This document shows, piece by piece, positions 37,171 to 46,136 of a stretch of 64,000 nucleotides of DNA. The translations under genes were made by a program, and so were the position numbers. The notes under the pieces are model-generated. The model ran no database searches. It was given only the letters and a program-made list of their open reading frames with translations, and had not been told where the DNA came from. The stretch is taken from positions 132,843 to 196,842 of the IMG/VR virus record IMGVR_UViG_2974637922_000001, one strand, 5' to 3'. The stretch's first letter is position 1. Each line of letters starts with the position of its first letter. The DNA comes from a virus (taxonomy: Duplodnaviria; Caudoviricetes).

Positions 37171-38229
37171 ATGACTGCTTCACTTGCACCCCCAAAAAGC
37201 AACGGGGGTTGGTATGATATTTTAGAAGACTGGTTGCAGAAAGATAGGTTTGTCTTTATTGGCTGGTCTGGATTACTACTTCTTCCCACTGCTTATCTTG
37301 CCATTGGCGGCTGGCTTACTGGCACAACTTTTGTCACAAGTTGGTACACCCATGGTCTTGCTTCTTCCTATCTTGAGGGTGCTAACTTTCTCACGGCGGC
37401 TGTCTCGACTCCTGCTGATGCTATGGGTCATTCTCTTCTTCTACTTTGGGGTCCTGAATCTCAGGGCGACTTCCAGCGGTGGCTCCAACTTGGAGGGCTT
37501 TGGTCCTTTGTTGCTCTCCACGGTGCCTTCGCTTTAATTGGATTCATGCTTCGTCAGTTTGAACTGTCACGACTCATTGGTATCCGTCCCTACAACGCTA
37601 TTGCATTCAGTGGTCCTATCGCTGTATTTGTCAGTGTGTTTCTTCTATACCCACTAGGTCAATCTTCCTGGTTCTTTGCCCCCTCCTTTGGTGTGGCAGC
37701 AATCTTTAGATTCCTATTGTTTCTTCAGGGTTTCCACAACTGGACACTGAACCCCTTCCATATGATGGGAGTTGCTGGTATACTAGGTGGAGCACTACTA
37801 TCTGCAATCCATGGCGTTACTGTTGAAAATACCCTATATGAAGATGGAGAACAGAATAACACCTTCACTGCGTTCGATTCCACCCAGGAGGAAGAGACCT
37901 ATTCGATGGTTACTGCGAACCGCTTCTGGTCGCAAATCTTCGGGGTTGCGTTTAGTAATAAGCGTTGGCTTCACTTCTTTATGTTGTTTGTTCCTGTCAT
38001 GGGTCTTTGGGTCTCAAGTATTGGGATCATTGGGCTTGCTCTTAATCTTCGTGCTTATGATTTTGTGAGCCAAGAGATTAGAGCAGCAGAAGATCCTGAG
38101 TTTGAAACTTTCTACACAAAGAACATCCTTCTTAACGAAGGACTAAGAGCATGGATGGCACCTGTGGATCAACCACATGAGTCATTTGTATTCCCAGAAG
38201 AAGTTCTACCTAGAGGTAACGCATTGTGA
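37171..38229 (+). CDS. psbD: Photosystem II D2 protein (352 aa) with a divergent N-terminus
   Basis: [35 protein letters not shown]. Confidence 0.98.
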   Translation: MTASLAPPKSNGGWYDILEDWLQKDRFVFIGWSGLLLLPTAYLAIGGWLTGTTFVTSWYTHGLASSYLEGANFLTAAVSTPADAMGHSLLLLWGPESQGDFQRWLQLGGLWSFVALHGAFALIGFMLRQFELSRLIGIRPYNAIAFSGPIAVFVSVFLLYPLGQSSWFFAPSFGVAAIFRFLLFLQGFHNWTLNPFHMMGVAGILGGALLSAIHGVTVENTLYEDGEQNNTFTAFDSTQEEETYSMVTANRFWSQIFGVAFSNKRWLHFFMLFVPVMGLWVSSIGIIGLALNLRAYDFVSQEIRAAEDPEFETFYTKNILLNEGLRAWMAPVDQPHESFVFPEEVLPRGNAL

Positions 38230-38471
38230 TTAACGCACTCTTCACTTTTATATTTGCTGCGGTGATGTGGGTGCAAGTCCCACAGTGGCAGGATGATTGG
38301 TCTAAGTGCGCAGTAGATGTACCTGATGTTCAATGTCATTGGTATATCACAGCACCCGATAGCACCATGGGTGAAGGATTTAGTTGGGCGAATGCCCCTT
38401 GGTTCAGTGCTGAAGGTCTCCTTGATATTGGAGAACTTCACAACACAGTTCAATCACTTCAGGAGGCATGA
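38226..38471 (+). CDS. Conserved hypothetical protein downstream of psbD
   Basis: [24 protein letters not shown]. Confidence 0.7.
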   Translation: MINALFTFIFAAVMWVQVPQWQDDWSKCAVDVPDVQCHWYITAPDSTMGEGFSWANAPWFSAEGLLDIGELHNTVQSLQEA

Positions 38472-38683
38472 TGAATATATTATTTTTAGTATTATACTTC
38501 GTCTGTTTCTGTCTCATTGCAGGTGGTGCCGCAGCTATGATGTATGCAAACATACAATCTATCTGGAACACACCACCCGCTCCACCTAAACCAATTCATC
38601 CTGAGGCACCTGTAGCAGGTGAAGAGGTTATGTATGTCGATCTAACAAGAGAAAAACTGGAAGATTTGTACCATGAACATTGA
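38468..38683 (+). CDS. Small membrane protein (DUF2973-like)
   Basis: TM helix followed by IHPEAP..GEEVMYV. Confidence 0.65.
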   Translation: MMNILFLVLYFVCFCLIAGGAAAMMYANIQSIWNTPPAPPKPIHPEAPVAGEEVMYVDLTREKLEDLYHEH

Positions 38684-38795
38684 ATACCTTTTAGGTTGGG
38701 TTGCTATTCTTGTTTTGTTTATAGCAACACAGAATACTGATGATGACGATGATCCAGAAGGTGGTATGATGGTTCCTTCCACTCAATCTACATAA
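38673..38795 (+). CDS. Small TM protein with an acidic DDDD..GGMM motif
   Basis: MNIEYLLGWVAILVLFIATQNTDDDDDPEGGMMVPSTQST. Confidence 0.6.
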   Translation: MNIEYLLGWVAILVLFIATQNTDDDDDPEGGMMVPSTQST

Positions 38796-38804
38796 CAAAA
38801 CTAC

Positions 38805-38833
38805 AAGGGGATTGCTAACAATCCTCTTTTTTT
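38805..38833 (+). terminator. Rho-independent terminator
   Basis: AAGGGGATTG..CAATCCTCTT followed by a T tract. Confidence 0.7.
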
Positions 38834-38917
38834 GTATCGTTATTTTGTTTGATTGTTATATATTGTGTGTATTCTCACACAAACCATATACATAGAGTGT
38901 AGAACAAGAGGAGTATT

Positions 38918-39118
38918 ATGTTATCACATAATCTTATTTCGCATAACCAATTAGAAGGTTGGCGAGAATCTTTTCAGAAGATAGATAAATCTACCAATAG
39001 AACAACAGACGAACTAAACCTAATTAATGATTACTATGATTGCTTAATAGAGTGTGATGATAACCAATCAGCATGTAAGCGTATCTGTAAACATGTATTG
39101 ACATCTCCACCAATTTAA
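38918..39118 (+). CDS. Picocyanobacteria-type small Cys-motif protein
   Basis: ISHNQL..W, DYYDCLIEC..SACKRIC; GAGGAG RBS. Confidence 0.7.
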   Translation: MLSHNLISHNQLEGWRESFQKIDKSTNRTTDELNLINDYYDCLIECDDNQSACKRICKHVLTSPPI

Positions 39119-39130
39119 ATATGTTAGAAT

Positions 39131-39157
39131 GGAGGGTATAACAACCCTCCTTTTTTT
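39131..39157 (+). terminator. Rho-independent terminator
   Basis: GGAGGG..CCCTCC followed by T7. Confidence 0.7.
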
Positions 39158-39331
39158 ATGCGATTCGATCTTTCAATAGAGGATTATACTATCATCCTCA
39201 ATGCCCTACATTACTACAAAAAGAAGACAGTAGAGAAGCGGGGCAACTTCAAACAGTATAGCGAGGAGCGAGTCAACGATCTTAGGGACCGAATGGCCCA
39301 CCAAATCGTCTGGGAACAGGGTGAAGAGTAG
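39158..39331 (+). CDS. Small hypothetical protein
   Basis: MRFDLSIEDYTIILNALHYY..., 57 aa. Confidence 0.6.
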   Translation: MRFDLSIEDYTIILNALHYYKKKTVEKRGNFKQYSEERVNDLRDRMAHQIVWEQGEE

Positions 39332-39446
39332 CAAATACCACCGTTTTCAGGAACCTCTCACCAAACCTTTGGGATACACTATGGAAAAACGGGTTGTTGA
39401 TCGCCTATAATAAGGGGGTAGAACACAACTGGAGAGAAAATCCACT

Positions 39447-39830
39447 ATGAAAATCCAACAATCAATGCTTCGTCGTCTCGCCGCTAAGAAGGGGAAGAAG
39501 CAGAACGGATTCACACTAATTGAACTGATGGTGGTTGTTGCTATCGTTGGTGTATTGTCGGCTGTTGGTCTCCCTCAGCTATTGAAAGCACAAGACCGAG
39601 CAAAGATCTCAGTAGCACAACAGGAAGCAGTCAACTACGCTAAAGAGTGTTCTATCTCCATCCTTACAGGTGGTGATGGTCCTGTCGTTGCTAACTTTTC
39701 AACAGTTCCTGCCGACCAAACCTGTGCCGCTGGTACTGATGTAACCGCTTTATCTGATACTGAGACAGTAGTAACCTGGACAGTAGAAATGGAAGGCGGC
39801 ATCCCTGGCGTTCCTTCTTCCGATGAGTGA
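39447..39830 (+). CDS. Type IV pilin-like protein (prepilin N-terminal cleavage/methylation domain)
   Basis: Basic leader, then KQNG|FTLIELMVVVAIVGVLSAVGLP. Confidence 0.93.
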   Translation: MKIQQSMLRRLAAKKGKKQNGFTLIELMVVVAIVGVLSAVGLPQLLKAQDRAKISVAQQEAVNYAKECSISILTGGDGPVVANFSTVPADQTCAAGTDVTALSDTETVVTWTVEMEGGIPGVPSSDE

Positions 39831-39836
39831 TCTATT

Positions 39837-40400
39837 ATGAACCTAATGTCCACCATGGTGGGACTTAGCATCATGGGGGCTTCTGCCCCCGCTATGATGA
39901 AAATGTCCATGGCACCATATGAAGCACAACTAAGAGCACAAAACCTAGGTGTAGCCGAAACTGCTGCTGTAGTATTCGCCGCTACTTACGAAGGTAAGCT
40001 CGAACTCCCAGAAGATACAGACACCTGTGTATCAAAACTACGTGAAGGTACTGCAAACGCTTTTAGCGTTACCTGTACTGAAGGTGATGGTAGGTATGTT
40101 CAGTCTGTAACTCGTGCATTCCGTCTAGCTGTTCCCGATGAAGGACTAGACGGTGGTAATGCAACTGATACAAGCAGAGAGTTTGCATTTGAAACTCCTA
40201 CTCGTTTCTCAGGACACCAATGTCCTGGTTATGATTCCTGGGGAGTCAACGGTTACAATGACAAAAACTACTCTGCCTTAGGTGGAGCTTGTATTCCTAA
40301 CGATGGATGGAATCAAACTAATTATCAGTTCTCTGATCCAGACGCTTGGCTTTATGACATCAACAACCGTAATGGTTGGGGAGCACATCCTGACTACTAA
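39837..40400 (+). CDS. Minor-pilin-like protein without a canonical leader
   Basis: Hydrophobic N-terminus MNLMSTMVGLSIMG resembling a pilin alpha-1 helix; paired Cys residues; adjacent to the pilin. Confidence 0.5.
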   Translation: MNLMSTMVGLSIMGASAPAMMKMSMAPYEAQLRAQNLGVAETAAVVFAATYEGKLELPEDTDTCVSKLREGTANAFSVTCTEGDGRYVQSVTRAFRLAVPDEGLDGGNATDTSREFAFETPTRFSGHQCPGYDSWGVNGYNDKNYSALGGACIPNDGWNQTNYQFSDPDAWLYDINNRNGWGAHPDY

Positions 40401-40582
40401 TGATTGAGTTACTCGCATCTAGCATTATCATTTACGGTAATGCCAACGGGGTGTGGTCTCCCTCACATCCCGATATTTATCCTTATTCAGAACCACCTAC
40501 ACGAGTAGAAAAACCTGAAACTCCAAAAACATCTACGACTAGCGGAAATGGAGATATCATTTTCCCTCAACTATTAGAATAA
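40400..40582 (+). CDS. Small hypothetical protein, last gene of the pilin operon
   Basis: TAATG-coupled; followed by a terminator. Confidence 0.55.
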   Translation: MIELLASSIIIYGNANGVWSPSHPDIYPYSEPPTRVEKPETPKTSTTSGNGDIIFPQLLE

Positions 40583-40603
40583 CTAAAACTAGGAAACACA
40601 CAC

Positions 40604-40636
40604 AGGAGGGCAACCCTCCTTTTTTTGTGCTATAAT
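40604..40636 (+). terminator. Terminator fused to a downstream -10 element
   Basis: AGGAGGG-CAA-CCCTCCT-T tract-GTGCTATAAT. Confidence 0.7.
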
Positions 40637-40659
40637 TACTAGTGAGTTGTGAGACTACT

Positions 40660-40941
40660 ATGGATGAAAGAATAAGAACTTTATATGTCTTTCAGTCGGA
40701 TGATCGTCTCATAACTCATGACGGGCATGTTCAACTAGGTTGTCACAACATGACTATGGAAGAGTTTATGTCTTTCGATAGGGAGAATATCCGATACATC
40801 GAAACCTACTGGTTGCCTGATGTATTTGGAAATAGGTATAAGCGTTCTAACTTCCAAGCACACCAGAGGGTATCTGGGGAGAAGGGTGTATTAGAACTAT
40901 CTAATAACCAACCAGGAAACAGACTTGATAGGTCTGTATAA
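40660..40941 (+). CDS. Hypothetical protein
   Basis: ORF track; ATG start chosen. Confidence 0.6.
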   Translation: MDERIRTLYVFQSDDRLITHDGHVQLGCHNMTMEEFMSFDRENIRYIETYWLPDVFGNRYKRSNFQAHQRVSGEKGVLELSNNQPGNRLDRSV

Positions 40942-40969
40942 GGCACCTATATACACAAAAAGGATTCCT

Positions 40970-41179
40970 ATGGGACCTATAATTGTATTTGCTTGTTTTC
41001 TACCTATAGTTGCTATATTCATTGTAATAAAACTAGCTGTTTGGGTAGAAGCTGTTAACTCCGAAACAAACTATGTCAGAGAAGAACCTTCAAGACAACG
41101 AGGACCTTGGGTGGAAAACCCATATGAGGATATTGATGTTGAGGAAGAGGAGTATGGAGATCGCACAGACTATCGATGA
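40970..41179 (+). CDS. Small membrane protein
   Basis: TM helix plus an acidic tail. Confidence 0.6.
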   Translation: MGPIIVFACFLPIVAIFIVIKLAVWVEAVNSETNYVREEPSRQRGPWVENPYEDIDVEEEEYGDRTDYR

Positions 41180-41306
41180 AGCGATTAACGACTATTATTC
41201 GCTTCATGGACTCCCTGTTCCCGATTGGAAACTGAAAAAGAATCCAGACTGGTGGATTGAATACTTACTTTCTCTTGGATTAACTGATAACAATGAACCC
41301 CTTTAA
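41154..41306 (+). CDS. Small hypothetical protein
   Basis: GAGGAG RBS; MEIAQTIDEAINDYY..NPDWWIEYL. Confidence 0.6.
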   Translation: MEIAQTIDEAINDYYSLHGLPVPDWKLKKNPDWWIEYLLSLGLTDNNEPL

Positions 41307-41463
41307 GATACTCGGACCTTTCCTAAACCTATTGGTGGTGTATAGTCTATGGTATTCTGACTTATACAGTAGGAATCGATACTACGCATATGGTATTGTA
41401 TTACTACACATTCTCGTACTGGCATCAATTCCAACCATACCCGCAATTCTATATTGGTATTAA
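41293..41463 (+). CDS. Small membrane protein
   Basis: 56-aa hydrophobic ORF filling the gap before talC. Confidence 0.5.
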   Translation: MNPFKILGPFLNLLVVYSLWYSDLYSRNRYYAYGIVLLHILVLASIPTIPAILYWY

Positions 41464-41465
41464 TT

Positions 41466-42116
41466 ATGAAGATCTTTTTAGACACTGCTGACTTGAATGA
41501 GATCAGAGAAGCATCATCCACTGGTTTGATTGATGGGGTGACTACCAACCCAACACTCATTCTAAAGAGTGGTAATGACCTATACTCCACTGCAAAACTA
41601 TTACAACTAGAATACCCCACATTTGAGAGTATCTCCACTGAGGTGGTTGCAGACACCGCAGAGGAGATGGTAGAGCAGGCACGTCAGTATCTTAATATTG
41701 GATCTGCAATCACTGTTAAGGTTCCTTGTACTGTAGAGGGTCTTAAGGCGTGTAGAACACTCTCAGAGGAGGGTGTGAAGACCAATGTGACCCTTGTGTT
41801 CTCTGTATCCCAGGCTATCCTGGCAGCTAAGTCAGGAGCCACCTATGTGTCTCCCTTTGTTGGTAGGGTGAATGATAACTCCTTCAGTGGAGTTGCACTT
41901 ATCCAAGCTATCTCAGAGACCTTCTCCCTACACAGGGTGAAGACAGAGGTATTGGCAGCTTCAGTTCGTGAAGCAAACCAAGTAGGACGTTGTTTTGCAG
42001 CTGGTGCTGACATTTGCACCATCCCAACCAAAGTATTCTGGAAGATGTACGAGCACATTCTCACAGAGAAAGGTTTAGAACTCTTCCAAAAGGACTGGGA
42101 GAACTCAGTACGATAA
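41466..42116 (+). CDS. talC: Transaldolase (TalC/FSA family)
   Basis: MKIFLDTAD, GVTTNPTLI, VKVPCT, NVTLVFS, YVSPFVGR, LAASVR. Confidence 0.96.
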   Translation: MKIFLDTADLNEIREASSTGLIDGVTTNPTLILKSGNDLYSTAKLLQLEYPTFESISTEVVADTAEEMVEQARQYLNIGSAITVKVPCTVEGLKACRTLSEEGVKTNVTLVFSVSQAILAAKSGATYVSPFVGRVNDNSFSGVALIQAISETFSLHRVKTEVLAASVREANQVGRCFAAGADICTIPTKVFWKMYEHILTEKGLELFQKDWENSVR

Positions 42117-42179
42117 AGTGTGAATATCCACACTTTAAGTATTATATAAATATTAAAGAATACATATTTCTTTGCATAA

Positions 42180-42386
42180 ATGAAACGTCCAGCCTTTTAT
42201 TTGGTTGCGAGTGTTGTTATTGTTCAGATGTTAATGGCGGCGGGGGTATTATTTGGTTGTTTTGCACGACCGGATCCCCGTTGTACCGGAGATAAGGCAT
42301 CTGATTTACTGAATAATATTATTGTACAAACTTTCGCACTCTATGCGGCTGAGAAAGTTTCCCATAAAGATGATAAACAAGTATAG
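42180..42386 (+). CDS. Small late membrane protein
   Basis: TATAAATA at 42145; hydrophobic N-terminus. Confidence 0.6.
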   Translation: MKRPAFYLVASVVIVQMLMAAGVLFGCFARPDPRCTGDKASDLLNNIIVQTFALYAAEKVSHKDDKQV

Positions 42387-42425
42387 TGTGGTAGAATAGG
42401 GGAGAACACCTCCACCTATTTTTTT

Positions 42426-42914
42426 ATGCCTATCAATAAAGAGTATTATGATAAATGGTATGGGATATGGAGTTCCCAATCAGAAGATGTATTGGAAGTT
42501 ACTGCCTTAGTTAGAGCTATTGAATGTACTAATGGGTGTATTCAGTGGGCGTTTAGGGACGATGATGACAGGTCACTACCCATTGAGAAGACCAGAGAGG
42601 CTATGAAACTCTCCATGGGTGTGATGAAGAATAAGGTTTTACCATTCCCTGATGGTGGGAAGTTTGTTATCCCAGAGGATGTAGTTCCCCTCATGGATAA
42701 GTCCAGAGATATTTACATTAGAGGATTCAAACAAGGTGATGAGGATGCCTACCAAGAGTTTATGGCACTATCCAAGTCACACTTTGTTGTAATGGGTAGA
42801 GAGAGGATGGATAGAAACTTCCAGAAGGTGAAGGATCATTTCATAGATGTGTTTAGTGACTACTGGATTGAGATGGGTAGGGGATATGTTTATGCCCTTG
42901 GGGAGTATGTATAA
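42426..42914 (+). CDS. Hypothetical protein
   Basis: 162-aa ORF. Confidence 0.7.
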   Translation: MPINKEYYDKWYGIWSSQSEDVLEVTALVRAIECTNGCIQWAFRDDDDRSLPIEKTREAMKLSMGVMKNKVLPFPDGGKFVIPEDVVPLMDKSRDIYIRGFKQGDEDAYQEFMALSKSHFVVMGRERMDRNFQKVKDHFIDVFSDYWIEMGRGYVYALGEYV

Positions 42915-42938
42915 ATATCTGGTATCGCTTCTCCTCCA

Positions 42939-43130
42939 ATGGACGAAAATAGTGCATCACGTATTTTAGATTCAGCAGGAAAAGGTGGGCATGTTAATCC
43001 TACCGCCCTGGCTGTTACCATACGTGCCGCAGTGAAGGAATGTCTAGACCATAATGGTATGGTTAGTATGTCATCCCTCTACGAACTCAGTTGTCAGTTG
43101 GAAAAGAAGGGAAAAGAGTGGTATGATTAG
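42939..43130 (+). CDS. Hypothetical protein
   Basis: TATAAATA at 42910; ORF. Confidence 0.55.
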   Translation: MDENSASRILDSAGKGGHVNPTALAVTIRAAVKECLDHNGMVSMSSLYELSCQLEKKGKEWYD

Positions 43131-43150
43131 TAAACTTATTTGGTGATGTC

Positions 43151-43351
43151 ATGAGTGAAAAACTTTGGGTGAAGATGGCGGAAGTATTCTACAATAAGGA
43201 TGCCGAGACCGCAGAGCGAATGGGAGTTGAGAACTTCTTCAATAAAGCAGCATCTAGAATGATTGCAGTTGTTGCTGAGAGTATTGATGGGGAGGAGAGA
43301 CTATACCTAGAAGAGCAATCCAAAATAGCAGAGGCTGAGCAACGAGTATGA
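43151..43351 (+). CDS. Hypothetical protein
   Basis: ORF track. Confidence 0.55.
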   Translation: MSEKLWVKMAEVFYNKDAETAERMGVENFFNKAASRMIAVVAESIDGEERLYLEEQSKIAEAEQRV

Positions 43352-43575
43352 ACACTTACTATGTGATAGTATACACACTAGTATTCTTTGTTGGTGTGTG
43401 TATTATTGAACCCAACCTACTCAAGTGGATAGAACTCCAGTTTAAGTGGGCAGGTATAAACGTTAGAAGAGCTATACTTATCGTTCAATTTCATCCACGT
43501 AACTTTGTTACCAACTGGATAATTCGTAGGAAGTTTCAGAAGATTATCAGAGAACATAGTCAACCTAAAGAGTAG
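43348..43575 (+). CDS. Small membrane protein
   Basis: N-terminal TM helix; HPRNFVTNW. Confidence 0.6.
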   Translation: MNTYYVIVYTLVFFVGVCIIEPNLLKWIELQFKWAGINVRRAILIVQFHPRNFVTNWIIRRKFQKIIREHSQPKE

Positions 43576-43584
43576 GAGTTAGTT

Positions 43585-43761
43585 GTGATTGAGACTTTGG
43601 CATTTGTTTTCCTTTCATGCCAAGATGCACGTCAGGTTGCAGATCGTGCAATGAATACTGAGAGTATTACCAAAGAAGTAGCCATAGAAGTTATTATTGA
43701 ACTTGATATAGCTTCTGGCGGCAAATGTAACTTACCTGGAATAACTGATGGGCATGTTTGA
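43585..43761 (+). CDS. Small hypothetical protein
   Basis: AGGAG RBS and GTG start; 58 aa. Confidence 0.5.
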   Translation: MIETLAFVFLSCQDARQVADRAMNTESITKEVAIEVIIELDIASGGKCNLPGITDGHV

Positions 43762-44137
43762 TACTATAAGATGCTCCTATGATATTGGAGAACTCACTGA
43801 TGTAGAATGTCAGTCTAAGAATATAGATGATTGGGGAGGCACTATGTCTTTCTATTGGGTAGATCCTAATGGGAGGTTGTGGTCTCCCAGTTATGCTGGA
43901 ACCTATGACTTTGTTCCTGAAGAGGGACCCTTCCCTGAGCTCGGAAAGGGGAAGCTTAGTCATGTACAATATTTGGGTACTACACCTAATGGAACTCATG
44001 GGAAGTATCAGTTCGTATCTATGACAAGATGTATAGAGATATATGATACAAAAACACATGCAGATGGGTATGTAGAGTTTGTGACATGTTATTTGTCATT
44101 CTACCAAGGACTACTGAGAGATTACTTTTATAAATAA
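43748..44137 (+). CDS. Conserved phage hypothetical protein
   Basis: MGMFDTIRCSY..CQSKNI..YWVDPNGRLW. Confidence 0.7.
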   Translation: MGMFDTIRCSYDIGELTDVECQSKNIDDWGGTMSFYWVDPNGRLWSPSYAGTYDFVPEEGPFPELGKGKLSHVQYLGTTPNGTHGKYQFVSMTRCIEIYDTKTHADGYVEFVTCYLSFYQGLLRDYFYK

Positions 44138-44162
44138 GTCCATACAGAGTTGTTTTTAACCA

Positions 44163-45677
44163 ATGGATCTCCAATCATATATCCAACTTAAAGAGGCGTA
44201 CACCAACGTCCACTCCCCAAAGGTAGAAGTCACTAGAGAAGAAGTTGATTCTTTCATTGATGCCTTATTGGAAGAAGGATACGATCTAAGTGAGTTTACT
44301 TGGGAAGAAGTCCGTGATGCTTACCTAGAAGAGGGTATTGCTAATAATCCTCGTTATGGAGTTATTGGTCAAGGTGCAAGACTTCTTCAGAAAGGTTTTG
44401 GTAACAAACAACAGGGAGATGCTGCTAGGGATTATGAGACATCTGTAAATAATATTAATAGTCGTAGAAATCAAAATTCTAGTACATCAACTGCAACTGC
44501 TAACGAGATTGCAGCAGAAACCAAAGGTAGGAAAGCTCAGACAGGTGGTGGATCTAGTTCTAGTGGATCTAGTTCTAGTGGATCAGGTGGATCAGGTGGA
44601 TCAAGTCTCTCTGATTCTGTTGCTAGAAAACAGAAAGAGGCTGATGCCAAACGCGCAAGACAAAGGGAGACTGGTGGAACTGGAGCCACCGACAATAAGC
44701 CCGCTGGTGGTTCTGGTGGCTCCGGTGGCTCCGGTGGCTCCGGTGGTTCTGGTGGCTCCGGTGGCTCCGGTGGTTCTGGTGGATCCGGTGGCGGCAGTAA
44801 TAGACCAGTAGCAAAGGCTAAGCCAGTACAGACAGCACAACAGAAGGCAGACTCTTCTACTAACGCACAGTATGACAAGTTGAGGAAGTCTGATCCAGCT
44901 GCCGCTAAGAAGTTTGGTATGGCTGCATCACAGAAGAAGTTTGGTAATCAACTAAAGCCAAAGACTCCAAATCCATTGATGAGGGGTATGAATACTGCTT
45001 CTACTAAGCCAGCAACTACTCCCAAACCAGCAACTACTCCTAAGCCAACAACTCCAGTAGCAGACTCATCTCCTGTTAGGGCAATGAGTAAGACTACCCC
45101 CACACCAGCTGCCTCCAAGCCAAAGGCAACACCTATCAAGTCAAGTCGCCTAAACAAGGCACTATCCAGTGTTGGTGAAGCAGTGGAATTTGATTCCTTT
45201 GATATCATCCTAGAATACCTAGTTGATTCTGGTTTCCCACAACAGGAAGCTCTCGTCATCATGGCGGAAATGCCTGAAGAGAAGCGCGAAGAGATTCTCG
45301 AAGCTATGAAGCATCGTGACGCCAAGACTGGTGAAGTCACAGACAAGCCTGAAATTGGCAAGACATACTACCCCCATGGTGAGCGTCAGAAGTCTTCTGT
45401 AGCTCTTCGCAAAGAGAAGGAGAGGGCAGATGCTAAAAAGAAATCAGTGAAGGAGGATAGAGCTTCCCTCGCAGATGCCTATCGGGCAGTTTATTCTGAG
45501 GAAGCTTCCGATACTAAAAAGGATAAGCACCTAGAGCGTGGTGGTCACTCTGCTAAGACTGACTATAGTAAGCCACCTTCTACTGGTAACACCTTCGGTA
45601 AGAAGCCATCTATGAGTGAGGAAGATCGTAGTGAGGCTATGGCTAAGATTGTGGCTAGAATGAAAGGTAAGAAATAA
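44163..45677 (+). CDS. Late low-complexity (Gly/Ser, Lys/Pro/Thr) protein; probable virion internal protein
   Basis: TATAAATA at 44129; LLEEGYDLSEFTWEE and FDIILEYLVD.G modules. Confidence 0.7.
   Translation: MDLQSYIQLKEAYTNVHSPKVEVTREEVDSFIDALLEEGYDLSEFTWEEVRDAYLEEGIANNPRYGVIGQGARLLQKGFGNKQQGDAARDYETSVNNINSRRNQNSSTSTATANEIAAETKGRKAQTGGGSSSSGSSSSGSGGSGGSSLSDSVARKQKEADAKRARQRETGGTGATDNKPAGGSGGSGGSGGSGGSGGSGGSGGSGGSGGGSNRPVAKAKPVQTAQQKADSSTNAQYDKLRKSDPAAAKKFGMAASQKKFGNQLKPKTPNPLMRGMNTASTKPATTPKPATTPKPTTPVADSSPVRAMSKTTPTPAASKPKATPIKSSRLNKALSSVGEAVEFDSFDIILEYLVDSGFPQQEALVIMAEMPEEKREEILEAMKHRDAKTGEVTDKPEIGKTYYPHGERQKSSVALRKEKERADAKKKSVKEDRASLADAYRAVYSEEASDTKKDKHLERGGHSAKTDYSKPPSTGNTFGKKPSMSEEDRSEAMAKIVARMKGKK
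44706..44786 (+). repeat. 9 x 9-bp tandem repeat (GGTGGHTCY) encoding (GGS)9
   Basis: Read directly from the sequence. Confidence 0.9.
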
Positions 45678-45689
45678 TAGTGTTATAAT

Positions 45690-45721
45690 AACCCCATAGG
45701 TCCATTCCCATGGGGTTTTTT
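45690..45721 (+). terminator. Rho-independent terminator
   Basis: AACCCCAT..ATGGGGTT followed by a T tract. Confidence 0.65.
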
Positions 45722-45755
45722 GTTATGAATACATAAAACTAAATGGACTTACTCC

Positions 45756-46130
45756 ATGAATACATATGGTTCTCCCGAAGGTTATCTCTTTAACCTTCAT
45801 ACCTGCTCAGCATCAGAAGCGAAGCGAATGTGGAAAGAATCTATAAAGAATGATTGGAAACATAAATGTGCTTATTGTGGATCAGAACATGAAATTACTT
45901 TAGATCATATAGTACCCAAAGCAAAAGGGGGCACTAGTCACACAACCAATATCGTAGCCTGCTGTCGTTCTTGTAACGCCAGTAAGGCATATGAGGATTG
46001 GATTATCTGGTATATTCAACAGCCATTCTTCACTGAAGAGAGGAGGGAGGCTATTGAAAAGTGGATGGAGAAGGGTCTCCTCAACAATAACTTAGTTGCA
46101 TATCCACCCAGAAGAAATGTCGTTTATTGA
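45756..46130 (+). CDS. HNH endonuclease (McrA-like Zn finger)
   Basis: CAYCG..TLDHIVPKAKGG..NIVACCRSCNASK. Confidence 0.9.
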   Translation: MNTYGSPEGYLFNLHTCSASEAKRMWKESIKNDWKHKCAYCGSEHEITLDHIVPKAKGGTSHTTNIVACCRSCNASKAYEDWIIWYIQQPFFTEERREAIEKWMEKGLLNNNLVAYPPRRNVVY

Positions 46131-46136
46131 GTCTTT

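Larger units (their letters stand above)
35888..37250 (+). mobile_element. Putative homing-endonuclease cassette inserted in the 5' end of psbD
   Basis: Bounded by the psbD remnant and a recoded psbD start; contains the HNH gene and own promoters; distinct composition. Confidence 0.65.

Noticed and set aside
35888-37210. Group I intron in psbD
   Set aside because: No recognisable P7 (R/S) core in the right order; an in-frame join would not give a U-ending exon with a G-ending intron; the downstream psbD has its own promoter and ATG. RT-PCR would settle it.
38918-39118. CP12
   Set aside because: Has a Cys motif but lacks the CP12 C-terminal C..P...EC..YD signature.
44540-44790. CRISPR array
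   Set aside because: Short tandem repeats with no spacers, encoding Gly/Ser linkers.
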